This document shows, piece after piece, positions 1-15,500 of a DNA stretch of 64,000 nucleotides. The translations under genes and the position numbers were made by a program. The notes under the pieces were generated by a model. It did no database searches. It was given only the letters and a program-made list of their open reading frames with translations, and had not been told where the DNA came from. The DNA comes from Chrysomallon squamiferum (Eukaryota; Animalia; Mollusca), in assembly GCA_012295275.1 (NCBI GenBank), contig CM022679.1, positions 24,676,001 to 24,740,000 of the forward strand, in the 5' to 3' direction. Position 1 is the stretch's first letter. Each line of letters opens with the position of its first letter.

Positions 1-1219
1 AAAATGATCATTTTTCAAGGCTGGTGAATTGTAGAGACCTTTTCATTTTCAAGCATTTTGAAAACATTCATCTTTTTTTTATCAGTTAATATTAATTAGC
101 TTTATGATTTGATCATATAGGTATTTAAAAAAATGCATAATAGTCTAATTTCTTAAGAACTGTCTTCATAATCAAGACCTTCATCAGAAAGAATATATCA
201 GAAACTGGAATATTACACCATGTAGTGACATAATTACTAAAAAAATAAACATTGAACTCTTCAGACATCAGCAGAAATTGCTGTGACCATGTCATTTGCT
301 GAGAACATTGCACATTTTGGTATCCAAAATTAAATGCCTGCTACCCTAAATATTTGGATGAAGTTTAGCAGACTATGAGAGAAATGCATGATTTAAAATC
401 CTGAATAAGCTTAGCCTAGTCACGTAACAATCTTTACGAAATTGTAACTGTGTCAGTTGATTCTCTATTATTTGTCAAAGATCACATGTCAAGAGACAAA
501 TATGATGACGAAACTCGAGTATATGTATAGTTTGTCATGATATTTGTTCCTTCTAAAAAGTTTGTAAAAATAATGTCAAAGCAAAAACAAGAATGAGGGA
601 ACCCTCTTCGTGGTAAGCAAAAACATGTCATAAAAATCAGATGACCTTCCACTGCTGCACTGAGACAGTTTTTGTCACATACTTATTTATATTTTAGTGT
701 GTTACTTTTTTATAGTATTTTGTAATGATCCTGAGAGAAACATTTCTTAATTATTCTTAGTACCTCCATTAAAATGTACATTTGCACTGAGCAAGATAAC
801 AATGTAAATATAATTTGTCATTTTATTTCTAAATAGTCATTAGTGACAATTTTTATATTATTGCCAATAAAGCAGTGTTATATTTTCCACTTCTGATTTG
901 TTTGTAAAATATATTTAAAACCCACCAGTTAAATTAAGGATAATGTTCTTTAGTGATTGATTTATACCAGTTACAACATTTCTATATTTTTTTAAACTTT
1001 TAAACTTTATTTTTTATAGATCTATTGATGAAGTGATGTCACAGTAAATGACCAAATGTCCATTTCATTGCAGAGTAATACATTTGTTATTATTAATATA
1101 AATGAGTAACTAGAAATAAATAACAATCAGCTGGAAGTTTATAATATATATTTATTGTGTTTAGATACAGGTCAGGGTTTATATTTTATAATTTTCATAA
1201 TTCACAGAAAGACATCAAA

Positions 1220-4200
1220 ATGAGAATCAAAGAAATTGATCGTACTGCAAATGTGGCTTGGTCACCTGCAACCCAGTACCCAGTTTATATTGTGGCTGGC
1301 ACAGCAGCTCAGCAGCTTGATGCAACATTCAGGTAACACCACCATCCAGAATAGTAATTACATGACAGTCACTGAGTTAATAAACCTAACCATGTGAAAT
1401 ATTTTAGAAATAATTACAACATGTAGCAAATAGTTTTCATGCTCTTAATTTAGTAACATTTAATTAAGTAACAAAACAAATTTTTAACTTCTTCCCTGAA
1501 CGTTGTTAACACCTATCATTTTAGTTGTCTATTATTAAATGTGTAAGATGTCCCTGAGAAAGTGAGATTGTTTAAATGTTAACAGAAATAAAAAATTAAA
1601 AAGTATACAAGTCAAATATAATCTTTAAAACTATAGCAAATACTGACTAATTATTATCAGTGTAAAAAATTTCATTGGCTTGAATTATAGTTTTGAAGAA
1701 GAAAAAAAGTGGTTGTGAAAAAATAACCTACTAAAATCATTACTACAATTATTATTTTTATATTTTATTAGCACATCTTCTGCACTTGAGATATATGGAT
1801 TAAATCTTGCAGAAGCTACACTGGATATGCCATTGTTAGCTTCCATTCCTTCAGAATGCAGGTATAAATTATGTGTATTATTTTATTCAGATTTTACTAT
1901 ATTTTAATCATAGAAAGTATTATTTTTTCAATTTTACAGATACATTTTTACAAAATTTTAAATGTTTTATAAACCATCAGGGTCATTAGTTTTATTTCAT
2001 ATTGTTTCCACCTTTTAATTAAATAACTAACTCAAATATACAGATTAAAATGATAATAATAAGAAACTTCAAGTGTACCTTTACTGTTCATGAGTAACTG
2101 TCACTCATAATCTGCTCATTAGTGGGGTTTACAGTCTTTTACTGGTTTTATTCTTACTGTCTTTTTTTACTTACCTCAGATTTCATAAAGTTTTATGGGG
2201 ATCTTATGGAATAGGAGGAAAAGACACACCATCTGGTCTGATAGTGGCTGGCACAGATAAAGGATCCATTCAAGTATACAGTGCATCCTCTTTATTGAAT
2301 TCTCAGAAGGACTGTCTTGTCTTTGAAAAATCACAGCACTCAGGACCTGTAAAAGCTCTGGATTTTAATCCATTTCAGGTACATATAAGTTAATAATTAT
2401 TGGTTTATCTGAAAATTATTTAGAACAGAGGTTTAATGAATAATCAACATGGGGTTTGCAAGAAAATTTCAGTAATGATGGCTTTAAAAAGTAAAAACAA
2501 CATTAGTATAGAAGGCCACTTAAAGAATGACAATTATCCTTGTCTGACCTTGTATTATATTTTATCCAGCTATAGCCCTGTACACATTTCACTAGCTTAT
2601 TAACCTAACCATTCTTGAGTATGGTATTTGGAAATGGGCAACACATCGGCCAAATATTTTCTCAAGGAGCACAGTCAGAAATAAATTTTTTCAGAATATC
2701 TGATTTAGAAGATAATAATTCTAAATGAAATGCTTGGCTACATGACATAAAATAAATGATATACTTGGTTTATCTGTAAGGAAGATGCTTGTTAAAACTG
2801 GTATTATAAACAAATTAAAACTTAAGACATGTGATGATTTATGCAAAATAGGACAAGATTTCAGATAAAAAATAGTCAACCATATTTTAGGATATTGCAA
2901 ACAAATATAAATTTCAAAATAACTGGTTATACTTGTTTGCTTATCTTCACTGTTAATTTTTTTTTTTTTTTTTAATATCTTTTATTTTCAGTTAAATGTT
3001 TATTTTTTATTTTACTTATGTTTAGCCTAATCTTCTTGCTTCTGGGGGCTCTGAGTCAGAAATTCTTATTTGGGACATGACAAAACCTGATACACCAATG
3101 ACACCTGGTCAGAAATCACAGGTAAATAATCTTACTGGAATTCTAATAGTTGTTTTTAGGAAGAAACAAGTTTTGTTTTAGCTGTTGCATGAGATCATTA
3201 GATAGAATTAATTCTTTTCATGTTAAAATACAAATAATAATCAGTATAATAAATGAAAAGAATATAAATTATTAGATATTTTATAGTTTTAATTAAATAT
3301 ATTCTAAAATAATAAAATAAATGTAAATTTAGATTATTTTAATATTTCTAACTCAATGTAAATCCTGTATCTTTTCAGAATTATATATATATACATTCTA
3401 TTACAATAATAAAAATGGACATGTTTTATTATATTTTAATATTTTAATTTCTTTCAACAAAAAAACAGCCCCCTGAAGAAGTGGCTTGTGTATCATGGAA
3501 TCGACAAGTTCAGCACATTTTAGCCTCCACATTTACAGCTCGCTGTGTTGTTTGGGACCTCAGAAAGAATGAACCAATCATCAAAATCAGTGACAGCATG
3601 TCTCGAGTGAGTTTGAGAACGGTCTTGTTTTGTTAAAGAGTTTTAATGGGTGGCATTGCTGACATTGAATATTTTCGGAGTCATTGTAGTTTTTTTAATT
3701 AGAAACATTTATTCATTAAAATATCCACAAAAACTGACTTTTAATTTAAAACATAATAGCTGATGAATTTCTTGTTATTTTTGTTCAAGCTGCCTTATTT
3801 TTAAAGAATTTATTATTATTAATGTTGAAATTAGTTCTTTGAAATGATATAGTCACAGACTGATTGATGGATTTTATAAAAGCATTCATATTTAATATAT
3901 TATGTCATTTGATTCCTGTATATATAAAAAATATAAGAATAAATCAGTATTAGTTACACATATGGATAGTTTTTAATATATATACACACACATCAGAGGT
4001 CTCTCTACACACTAAGATATGGCAGGCCTGTCATCACCTACGGCTTACAACGAGTTTGCCTGCCAAACATCAGCAACGGCAGCAGTATCCACCACCTGTT
4101 TATTTAGACATCAGTATAATAATTATGTTATCCTAGATACATAAAAACCTTTTTAAAATACTGTCTTTGTCCTTCAATCCACACAATATAAAAATAATTA

Positions 4201-4292
4201 TTATTAACTGCACACATTCTCATAAATATTCATTATCATACTCGTACTGCATGGTGATTTTTTTACTTTCAGAGCAGTGAAAATGATCTCAC

Positions 4293-4328
<36 letters not shown>

Positions 4329-6561
4329 TATATAATAATTAATATATACAGGTTACAAAACAATATATATGTACATTTTTTGTATGAATATATTCATGTA
4401 AAAAATATAATTCACAGAACAACCAGACTAAACTCGCCGGCAACAGATACTTTGACTTTATTTAATTGCATATAAAATAAACTTGTTAATAGTTAATGCA
4501 TTTGTTTATATGCAATTATTTATAGGAGTATTTTTGACAAACAATATGAACATTGTTCAAAGTACTTGTACCCTAAAAAAAATTACAGTACCATCCCTTA
4601 GTTTAACTTGCACCAGTTACACCAGTTCCTGCCATCCCTTTCATAAAAGCTGGTATGACCACAGGACATATTATATTAAAAACTATCCGAATAAGTAACT
4701 AATATTGATTTCTTTTTATATATATTTTTTTAAATCTAAAACAAATGTAAACACATATTAAATGGAAAACAACTTTCATTTATTCAGATCAAAGCCAAAA
4801 CTGTGGCTTGGCATCCTGATGTAGCTACACAGTTATGTATATCATCAGAAGATGACCACACTCCAGTCATACAGCTGTGGGATCTTCGCTATGCCACTTC
4901 ACCTCTTAAAATTCTTGAAAATCATCAAAAGTAAGTGCCATTTTATTAAGAAACAGTCTAACCAAAAACCTGTTGTTTCTTAAGCATCTTTTTTGCTGAG
5001 CTATCTAATTCAGTATAGCTTCTCAAGTTTTGTATAATATAATATATATTTTTTTAATAATTATTAGTTTCCTGAAAATAATTGAAATGTCACTTGCATT
5101 TGTTCTGGATTAATAAATATAATTTTATTGTATATTAAATCTCATTTATCCATTCCGTTAGTTTTTAAGTACTGATTAAATTAAGGATCATTAACAATAT
5201 TTTTTACGTTACCCATTTTTCTTTAAACATTCTGTTTGAGAACAAAAATGACTGATATTTCTAAACTTGTCATACCTTTATTAGTTAAATTATATCTTCA
5301 TAAATATATATTTTTATTATTATTTTATTTTTTTCATAAATATTTTATTGGCACCTTTTCTGCAATGTTAACTTTGATTGTTATTTCATCAGAGGTGTGT
5401 TGTCCATGGCCTGGTGTCCACAGGATGCTGATTTGTTGATGACGTGTGGCAAGGACAACAGAATACTCTGTTGGAATCCCAATTCAAATCAGCAGGGTGG
5501 AGAGGTATGCATGTTTTTTACATTTGTTACTTAACGCATTTTACTTACCCATGATTATTAGCCGAGAGAGAGATGAACAATGGTATATAATAAATGAAAG
5601 CAATATTCAGCAATACTGTTACTGGTTAAATGTTCCATTTATACTGATCTTTTTTCAGTTGTTATCTTTTTGTTTTTTTTCTTTGTTTCTTTGGGTTTTT
5701 TCAAGTGAAATGAATTATACTTCTCAAGACTCATTTTAATATCATTGTCCCTAATTTGTATCATCAGATAAAACAATTTTTTTTTTTTTTTTAATGTCAT
5801 AAAATTATTTTCCACAGAATATTCTTTTAAAAAAAAAAAAATAATAATAATGTCCTAAGTTATAACTCTTGAACTGTTTACTGATTTTGTTATGTTTGTT
5901 CAAGGTTGTTTATGAGCTTCCAACCAGCAATCAGTGGTGTTTCGATGTCCAGTGGTGTCCAAGAAATCCATCCATAATTTCTAGCTCGTCATTTGATGGT
6001 CATGTCACAGTTTACTCACTTTGGGTGGAGGTCACCCTATTCAACCCAGCAACAAGGTGAGTTACACTGACAAAAAGAAGAATTTTTCTATTATTTTTTT
6101 AATTCTAAAATATTTATTGTTTAGAAAAAATATTTTAAACAGTCTTTTTCTTTTCCTTTTTAATTTTAAAATGATTGCTTAAATTGTTCTGTTTTTTTCC
6201 TAAAGTATGTGGTTTCATACTTCTATATGTGAAATGTATTATATATGTGAAATGTTCTGGTTGTTTCAGGTGGCTGATTCATTTGCTACTGCGGACCCTT
6301 TCTCTCAGCCTCAGGTACCTGTACCATCTCTAGAACAAGATAAAGTGATGCCTTTGCAAAAACCACCAAAGTGGCTCCGAAAACCTGTTGGTGCTTCATT
6401 TGCAGTGAGTTTCGTTTTCTGAAATCATGTAAACTTTATAATGATAAAATACATATATTTAATCCTGAAGTAATATTTGGTAATAATAATTTGGTGTTTT
6501 TTTATCACATAAAATTTATTATGATACAATCATGTTAATAAAATATTTTATACATCTTTAA

Positions 6562-6607
<46 letters not shown>

Positions 6608-9600
6608 TCTCTCTCTATCTCTCAAGTAAACACACAAACACACACATCTGTCTCTCTCACTGTCTTAGTCGGATACATATAACTATATATTAAAATTTGT
6701 GTTCATATTTTCAGTTTGGAGGTAAGCTAGTCAGTTTCTGTCATGAGAAAGTTCAGAATCCACAGCAGGCTGTTCCTAAGCAGGTTCACATCAGTCAGGT
6801 TATAACAGAAAGTGAACTTCTGAACAGATCCCAGCAGCTGGAGAATGCTCTTCAGAACAACCAGACAACAGAGTTCTGTGCTATGAAAGCTGCCAATTGT
6901 TCAGACAGGATGCAGGAAAGCATCTGGAATTTTCTGCTTGTAAGTACATAGCAATTTATTGTCCTTCAGGTTTATGTGAAATATGCTATTATGTTTTGTT
7001 TTCTGAAAATGTTTTTTTGAAAGCTAGAAAACATAGGTTAATTTTTTTTTTCAAATTGAAATTATTAAGAAATACATTTTTTTGAAAAGGTTTTGAAAAT
7101 AAATGAGTTTCTTTCTTGCCATTTATGATTCTAAAATATAATGAAATGACTATTTAAAAAAATATAAATAAAGAATAAAAGTTAAATACAATTTCTTCTG
7201 ATTTACTAAAATATTTGTTTTAGATCTGTGATTATTTAATTCCACACAAAAAAATATAATCTAGTTATTTTCTCTCAGTTTCTCTAACTAGTTTATTAGA
7301 TATAAAGTATATATTTTTTTTAATTTTTGTTACTGTAATTTTAGGTTAACTTTGAGAGTGAACCAAGAACTAAATTCCTGCAGTTGCTTGGATATGACAA
7401 AAATGAATTAGCAAGAAAGGTTTGTTTAATTCCATACAGAATATGTTTTTTATATATTATTTACATATTTATAATAATATCATATGCATTAAAATGTTCT
7501 TCAAATATACATTATTATTGAAGTAGTGTTGTATATTTTGAAGTGTACCTACGGAGAGGTTACAAATAAGCATGTTTAACAAAATTGTTTACACTTACAA
7601 GTTACTATCTGAATCTTTTAATGGTCTAACAAAACTGATAACAAAGTATGCCCAGATATTTTTGTACACTACTTTTCCTTATTATACTGTTTTTAATCAT
7701 AATTAATAAGAAATAAATTTGAAATATATTCACACTGTATCCTCATCTCACCAATGATGTATATCAACACAGACTGAGTATATTTTCTTCAGAGGAGGTT
7801 GGAATGGTGATTTTTAAGTTTATGTACTGCATGACACAGAAAGCTACTCTTTGTTATTACACTCTGTTGTTAATCATAATTAATCAGAAATAACTAAGAA
7901 ATGTATTTACTCTCAGCAGTGTTACACAGACTGAGTATTTGTTCTTCAAGCATGGAACTTGTAATGGTGATTTTTTTTAAGTCTGGGTGCTGCACAACAC
8001 AGTCAAAAAAAACTTCTGGTTATTTTCAGGTGGAAGAACACACAGGAGCTGACACCAACTTGTTGCAGAATCAAGGCATTGATGCCACTGAGTTAGCACA
8101 GAAAATGTCACTGCTGAATTCATCAGTAAGTTTTGGAAAACAGACTGGATCATTTTATTATATTCATAATCATGTGCAATGTCAAATGTAGATTTTTGCA
8201 ATAACATTAAATTTTGAACTATAATCAATAAACATTAGCACAAAGCAGTCTTTAGTGCATCTGATTTTTTTTAAAGTATTATATAGATATTAACAGCATT
8301 GTAAGTTCAAAACCGATATAAAATTCATTCATTAGTCTGATGTCATCATCACTATTTGAAAATATTCTTTGTTCACCTATTGAAATTATTTCCTTATATT
8401 TAAATTTCAGGATTCTTTGAAACCTGGTGCCCTGAATGCTGGTGGACAGGCCTCACCAAGTGTAGGATCAAAGGTGATTCATTATTGTATTACTAACTTC
8501 TGAGCGTTAAAATCGCTGGCAGTTCACAGTTCTCTAACCGATAATGGTAAAACAATAATAATATTGACTAGAAAGCATAATCACCAAATGAAGATGGTAC
8601 AACTAGTAAATCTTGAATAGAATATTGCAGTGAGCATTCAGATGTATGTCTATCATAAAATCAGTATGTATAATAATGGCTAATATTAAAATGTGTTTAG
8701 ATACCATTTACTTATTCTTTCATTTGTTGTTCCTGTGTAGACTCCTGGAAGCCGAGATGATCTTTCTGATGGTTCTGCAGCATTTGATGAGATAGCAGCA
8801 ACACAGAATGCTGGTGTCAAGTCTCCTCTTGTTATACCTTCAGATGATGGTGAGAATCATTTCTTAATACACAGCTACTGTAGCATGATGTCCAACAGTG
8901 TGCTTGCTGCCATATCGATGTACATAAACAGAGACAATGCATCATTTCTAAATTTATTTATTTATGTAAATAAATAAGTTTGACTGAAAAGCATATTTAC
9001 CTAGTTGTACATTTACATTACTATTATATTTTGTAGTGATTGCAACAGGATTTTTATTGTATTTTATTATTAATTTCATGTTTGTTCAAATCATTTTTAT
9101 AGTGTTATTTATATTGTTTTATGGTTGGTTTTTTTTTTTTTTTTTTAAATTCATAGTCATTTCAAATTTATAAATGTATCTTTCTTTTGTTTTCTTTTTT
9201 CGATTTTTTTAAAAAATATTTTTGTCCTTTTTCCAGATGCTGATGGTTTAATGGCACAAGCTCTGCTGTCTGGAAACTTTGAAGCCGCTGTGGAAATGTG
9301 TCTCAGTGAAAACAAAATGGCTGAAGCAATTCTTCTTGCTATTGCTGGTGGGCCAGAGCTATTAACAAGGACACAGAAGAAATATTTCCAGAAAAACAAG
9401 AGCAATCTTGGAAGAGTAAGTAATGAAAATAATTTTGTGGGTGTGGGTGTGGGGGGGAGAAGAATAACAAGAAAAATCAGAATAGTCATTATTATACAAA
9501 TACAAATGCTGAAATATGTATATTTTTTTTAATATAGATTTCTTGCTATTAGTAGAAATAAACCTCTGTATAAAATTTTTCATAGCTTAAAAGGGTAATT

Positions 9601-12517
9601 TGAAAACTTTAACCTGTTAAATTTTATTTTTTGGTAAAACTGTGAAATACAGATGGCTTGTTTTAATTAGCAAATCTAAAGTGGTATATGCTGGTTTTCT
9701 GTTATTGATAATATTGTTGATGTGACATTACTTAATGGTTGATGTTTATTTAGATACTTAAAAGTTTAAGGGGAATAGTATCCCCCAAAAATGTGTAATT
9801 ATGTAGAACATAATGAATGTTTTCCAGATATTTTGATTAATAAAACTAGATTGATTATTTATTTTTATTTTTATTTTTTTTAATTTATTTTAGCTTATAT
9901 CTTCAATTGTTACTCAAGACTGGAGCCACATTATTCAAACCTGTGAGCTTGACAACTGGAAAGAAGCACTCGCAATAATTTTAACTTACTCTTCAGCTGA
10001 AGAATTTGCAGCTCTTTGTGGTAAGTCATAGGTACAAACCTGTTACATGGTGCTAATAATAAAATCAAAATATAAATTTCTTTGAAACTATTTCCCAATT
10101 GCTGGATAAGTTTACTAAATTAAATCTTTAAGATTAGACATTTTCACAAAAATGATAACTTTTCTGTAGGTATATTATATATAAAAAAAAAAAAAATAAT
10201 TAAAAAAATAAATGATCATTGAGTTGTTTTAACAGGAAGATCAATATGAGCCAGCTGCTACAAACAGATTTAATTTAAATTATATATTAATTTTGAATGT
10301 CAATAATAATGTCTATATGTGTATGGAGTTTATTTTCAAAATATTTATAGCTTTTAAATGATAACCTGATTTTAATTTACACTATTCTTAAGTCATTTTT
10401 TTATTTTGTTTATTTCATTCTTATTATTATCTTTTTTATTTTATTTTATGCAGTCCTTAATACAGTTTTCAATCAGTTAATAATGAAAAGATTTTCATAA
10501 ACTAAACTCAGAAGATATTGATCAGTTAAACATTGTTTTCAAGCATTTTCTTTTATTTCAGATGCATTGGCCAATCGTCTTGAGAGTGAGAAGGATGGGG
10601 AGCTGTCGCTGTATGCCAGTTTGTGTTACATCTGTTCCGGAAATGTTGAGAAACTGGTAGAGAACTGGGTTAGAAACACTGAAAACAGCAATGCTCCTCT
10701 GGCACTGCAGGTACATTATATTTTATTTACATCCATTTAATATAAAAAAAATCATTATACTTACATCTTTTTAATTAAAATGAACAGCAACTTGTATATG
10801 GTTACTGTGTTAAAGTAAATTTTCTGTTTTCCTCTGTTTGAAAATTGATGTTATCTGATGTTTTAGAAGGATATAATCTTGTTATTATATAAACCTTACA
10901 TAAGATGTGACCCATCACACAGAACAAGTCATACAAACATGTATTGAGCTTTTGCATCAAAATTTTTAGCTTTGATATTTTGTTAAAAACTTGCTTTATG
11001 TGTACACCTTATTTCTTTGATTCTATGAAAAAACTGATGGATATTAATCCTAATGTGTCTTTTAAAGCACTTTTTTAATACACACTGTTATTTGCTGGTC
11101 ATATCTAAATTTGATACAAGGATGAAGGAGGTATCAAAATGCAACTTAAGACTTGGCTCAATGAAACTGGCCACAGATGAAAGAAGAATGAGCCCACTAC
11201 ACACTCTTGGACTCCAGTGATTCATAAATGTTTATCAAACATCACAGGAATGTTTATTTATGAATACCGTGCTTGCAATTTTTGCAATCACCAGAAAAGT
11301 GGCAGCAGCTAGTAAATTAATATTTAACATTTACTTGACATTAACAGATATGCTCAACACCACAGAAGGCCAATATTATTCATTTATTTGTCGTTTCAGG
11401 ATCTTGTTGAGAAAGTGATGATATTGAGAAAAGCTGTGGAACTGTCGCGTGGTCAGGCTCCTGATATTCCAAGTGGTTACCTTTCGGACAGACTGAGTCA
11501 TTATGCTGGGCTCCTAGCGGCCCAGGGAAGCATTTTTACAGCCATTGGATATCTGAGGAACACCAACGAGGTTAATAGCTAGAAAACATAAAATAATGAA
11601 CATAGAGAGTAAATTAATTGTACATGTCAGTAGTTATATTTGGACAATTAACCTTGTTAATAATGTAAATCCAGCCTTTTTAAATTTGGTGGTGTTTAGT
11701 TATCATATAAATCAAGATTTAGAAAAGACTTGAGTTATGACACAGGGCAAAGTAATAATTAGAATTTTTATTAGAAATTAGTAATATTTTTTTGTTATCT
11801 CTTATCTGTCTACATCATTTTTTTTTTTTTTTTTTTTTACATATATTGTTTTTTAATTGTAATTTAATAAAATTTAATAAAATGTACAATTTTAAAAAAC
11901 AGTTTGGATGCTTGTTTGGAATAATTTATTTATGACATAAACTAGTATTAAAGTTACTCTTATTTTCTACAGCGTAGTCTGATTGCTTTACAAGACCGGC
12001 TGTTTCAAGCCTTTGGTCAGCCAATCCCAGGCATCCCAGCTCCTCAGTTTCCATTCCCAAGAGTGGATGTCCAGCCCGAAGGAGCCAAAGTCCAGCCACA
12101 AACACAGGCTCATGTGCAGCCAGCAGCTGGACACAAACAACAGCTGCACCAAGCACAGGCAAGAGGCAATGTCCAGACTACAACCACGCCTAGTGTCAAC
12201 TACTACAATCCGACTAGTTACCAAAAATTCTCACCTGTCAACGGGCCGACTACACCAACATTTACACCTGGCCCTGCTGTCAGTTCTGCAGCCACAGCTC
12301 ACAAAGGTGAGTAAATGTATTAAAATATTACTAGTTTTCTTATAAAACAATGGTGGTATTAAATATTTTCTGATTTTTTCTGTTTTTTTGTTTTTAATTT
12401 AATTTTTTTTTTTTTTTTCTGACTTTTTGCTCTTTCTGGGTATGTTGTTAATGTTTATTCTTATTAATTTATTTTAAAAAATTCTTCATATGTTTTGGAA
12501 GAAAAAAAAATGTGTCT

Positions 12518-12552
<35 letters not shown>

Positions 12553-15500
12553 AATTAATATTTCAGATGTTCATACTAATGCCATCTTTGATACATATAT
12601 TTATAGTCAAAATATTATGGATAAATGGCTGTATATCTATTAGTGTGATAAAAATGATCTTTGTTAAAATGCCATACTTAATTATTTTTAAAAAATGGAC
12701 AATGTAAAAATAAATTAACAAAAATTACTGATTCTAATGTTAAAACTTTTTCATCACACATCTAGTGATAAAAAGTATTTGTCATATATATATATATATA
12801 ATCTTGTTTTAAAAATTGTAAATGATATATACCTTCTATCAAAAATGTTTCATTGCATTTCAGGAGGTATTTCTCACAAATACCCAGCCTATCCCCAGGC
12901 TTCAGCAGCATATGGACTTGATACATACAGCCAGCAACCTGCTTACATGCAGCCAGAATTCAATTCTGTGAACCATGTGAGGTACTGTGTGTGTTTAATG
13001 TGTTTCTCATTTTATAACATTTTTTTTTACTTCCAAGTGGAACAAAGACAGAAAGTGAGCACATTTGATAAATGAGAAATATTAACATATGAGTAAATGA
13101 TTTGTTGTTTCTTAAGTTAATGTGTTTGTAAACACTGGGTCCATTTAGTTACTTTACTATGATATATATGTTTGAATATATTTAATTGTGTGTTTAGTTT
13201 AATTTTCTTAGTAAATAGAGATTTTCTTTTGTTTAGTTTTGTGTATTTGTATATGTGTGGGTATGGAATTGAGAAATAGAGAGCACATTAAAGAATGAAT
13301 CAGTAAACATGAGACGAAAGATTCTTTTATTTTTGTTTTTTTAATGCATGCATAATGCTGTTGTTGTAATAGAATCTGTTGGAACAAATCAGCTGTGACA
13401 GTATATTTTATTTTTTTTATTTTTTATTATTATTTTTTTATAGTGGTGAACCATATGGTGCTCCTTCCCAACTGGCAGCTGCTACTCAACAAAATATTTA
13501 CAACCCAACTTCTGTTCCAGGTAAAGTTAACAGTGATAAACCTTTTTACACTTTACCGAGATAAAATCAGCATGCCCATCTTTAATCCCAGTAAAATATA
13601 CAGAACCTCAGCTACCATCACAATAAAGTTTACCATTCCAATCACTAGCCTCAATTAAAAAAATAATATGTTTATTTGGAATGTTACAACTGTATTTTTT
13701 TGCTTCTTATTTCTGATTCCAAATTCTTTATTTCATTTCAATTTTTTATTGTAGGTGGACTGTACATGCCCCAAAAGACTCAAAGTATGACTCCAGTTCA
13801 GCCAACCATGACATCATACCAGGATACCAGATCCAAAACTGCATGGAATGACCCTCCACTCATTTCTAACAAAAATCAGGTGAGAAAATGTTTCTTTTTG
13901 TTACAAAAAAAAAAAAAGATAAATAATTCAGTATTTCACAGTATTTGCCCAATTTTTATTATAACATTTTCATGCATGCAGTGAATGATATGGCATTAAA
14001 GTTGATTTCATTGTTGTTGGTTTTTTTTTAGATAATTTGGTTCATTGCTTTTTTTTAATCATATAATGTTAATCTTTGTTTTTCCAGTATATTTTCTGTA
14101 AATTGAGCATTTTTGCATTCCTAGAATGACACCAGCCAAGACAAAATTGCAGGGTTTGTTTGCAATGGCAAATAAAATTCATTTTAAAATAACTTCACAA
14201 TTAATAAAAGCCTTCTATTTTGTTTACCATGTCAAAACAGTTATGGGCTAGGAAAGCAAAACGGCTGTTAAATGCTGAATTCTTGTTAAGCTGACATAAA
14301 CGTATGTCATTTATGAAAAAAAAAACAGGCATTTGGGTTTGTTCCAAAAAGAAAAAAAAATAATAATAATAATAATTAATACAAACAAAAATTAATCTTT
14401 GTAGCCTGCTCCTGTGTACGATCAGAAAACCCCACTCACAACACCTATGTATGGAGGCCCACAGCCAAATGAGCAGCCAGCAGCAAACACACCTTACAAT
14501 CTGTACAACCCTCAGGAGTATCAGCCTGTGCCACAGGTCAGTGAAATGTTCTAAGTCTTACAAACTTTTTAACTAACTAGTTTCATTTATTACTTACTTT
14601 TTTTTCTTTTTTTTTTTAATCAAAAATAAAAATTATAAAATATATTTTCATTTCTTCTTATTTTTAATTATATATTTTTAATATCATTTAAGGATTTTAT
14701 TTTATTTTTTCTGGCTCTAAGAAATAAAAATACATTTTTTGTGCTAAATATTGAAATAAGTCTTTCAAATCCTCTCATAATTGTTTATTCCAAAAACACT
14801 TTGGTTGGTAATAATTTGACAAAGTTTACAATCTAGAATTAAACCATAAAACAGCAATTTCTGTTTTTTGTTCTTTTATCTTTTAACAGGTTAAAACATT
14901 TATTTTTGTTATTGTTTTGTTGTATTTTTGTTTACTTAAATCAAATTTATTTATTTATTCATTTATTAACACAATAAATTAAAAAATAAACTTACTTAAC
15001 ATTTTCATATTTGGTTTTGGTTTATTTCAACTGTCCTTGAATTTAGAATTTACTAACAAATTGTTCTTATAAAACTACTCAGGAAAAGCACAAATGTTCA
15101 TTAAAACTACTCAGGAAAAGCACAAATGTTCATTATCTCAAAAGTGTTTTGACTGCTGTTAACTGTGTTTTGATGCTACTTCTTCTTTATTTTTTTTTAT
15201 TTTTTTTTACTGTCAATGTTTATGTCTGCTTGCCTCCCTTAGAGACCTATTACTTCCCAAATGACTTCAGGCCCTCCATCCCAGACAGAGCAGGTGAGAT
15301 TCAAGGTGGCGTGAATGTTTCATGCACACACATAGACATAAACACATGCAAATATGCACACACAAAAACAAGCACACTTCTACACAGACTACATATAACA
15401 CAAATAAATCCAAACATAAATTAATAAATAAACACTACATATTTGATGGACCTCTGTACACGCATGCACACACACACACACACACACACATAAGTACAAT

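Noticed and set aside
3990-4660. Possible MITE in SEC31 intron 5 (ATGGCAGG / CCTGCCAT)
   Set aside because: The inverted match is only ~8 bp and no target-site duplication was found.
7765-8000. Diverged ~70-bp direct repeat (ACACAGACTGAGTAT...) in a SEC31 intron
   Set aside because: Looks like an old local duplication; no snoRNA boxes or exon signals recognised.
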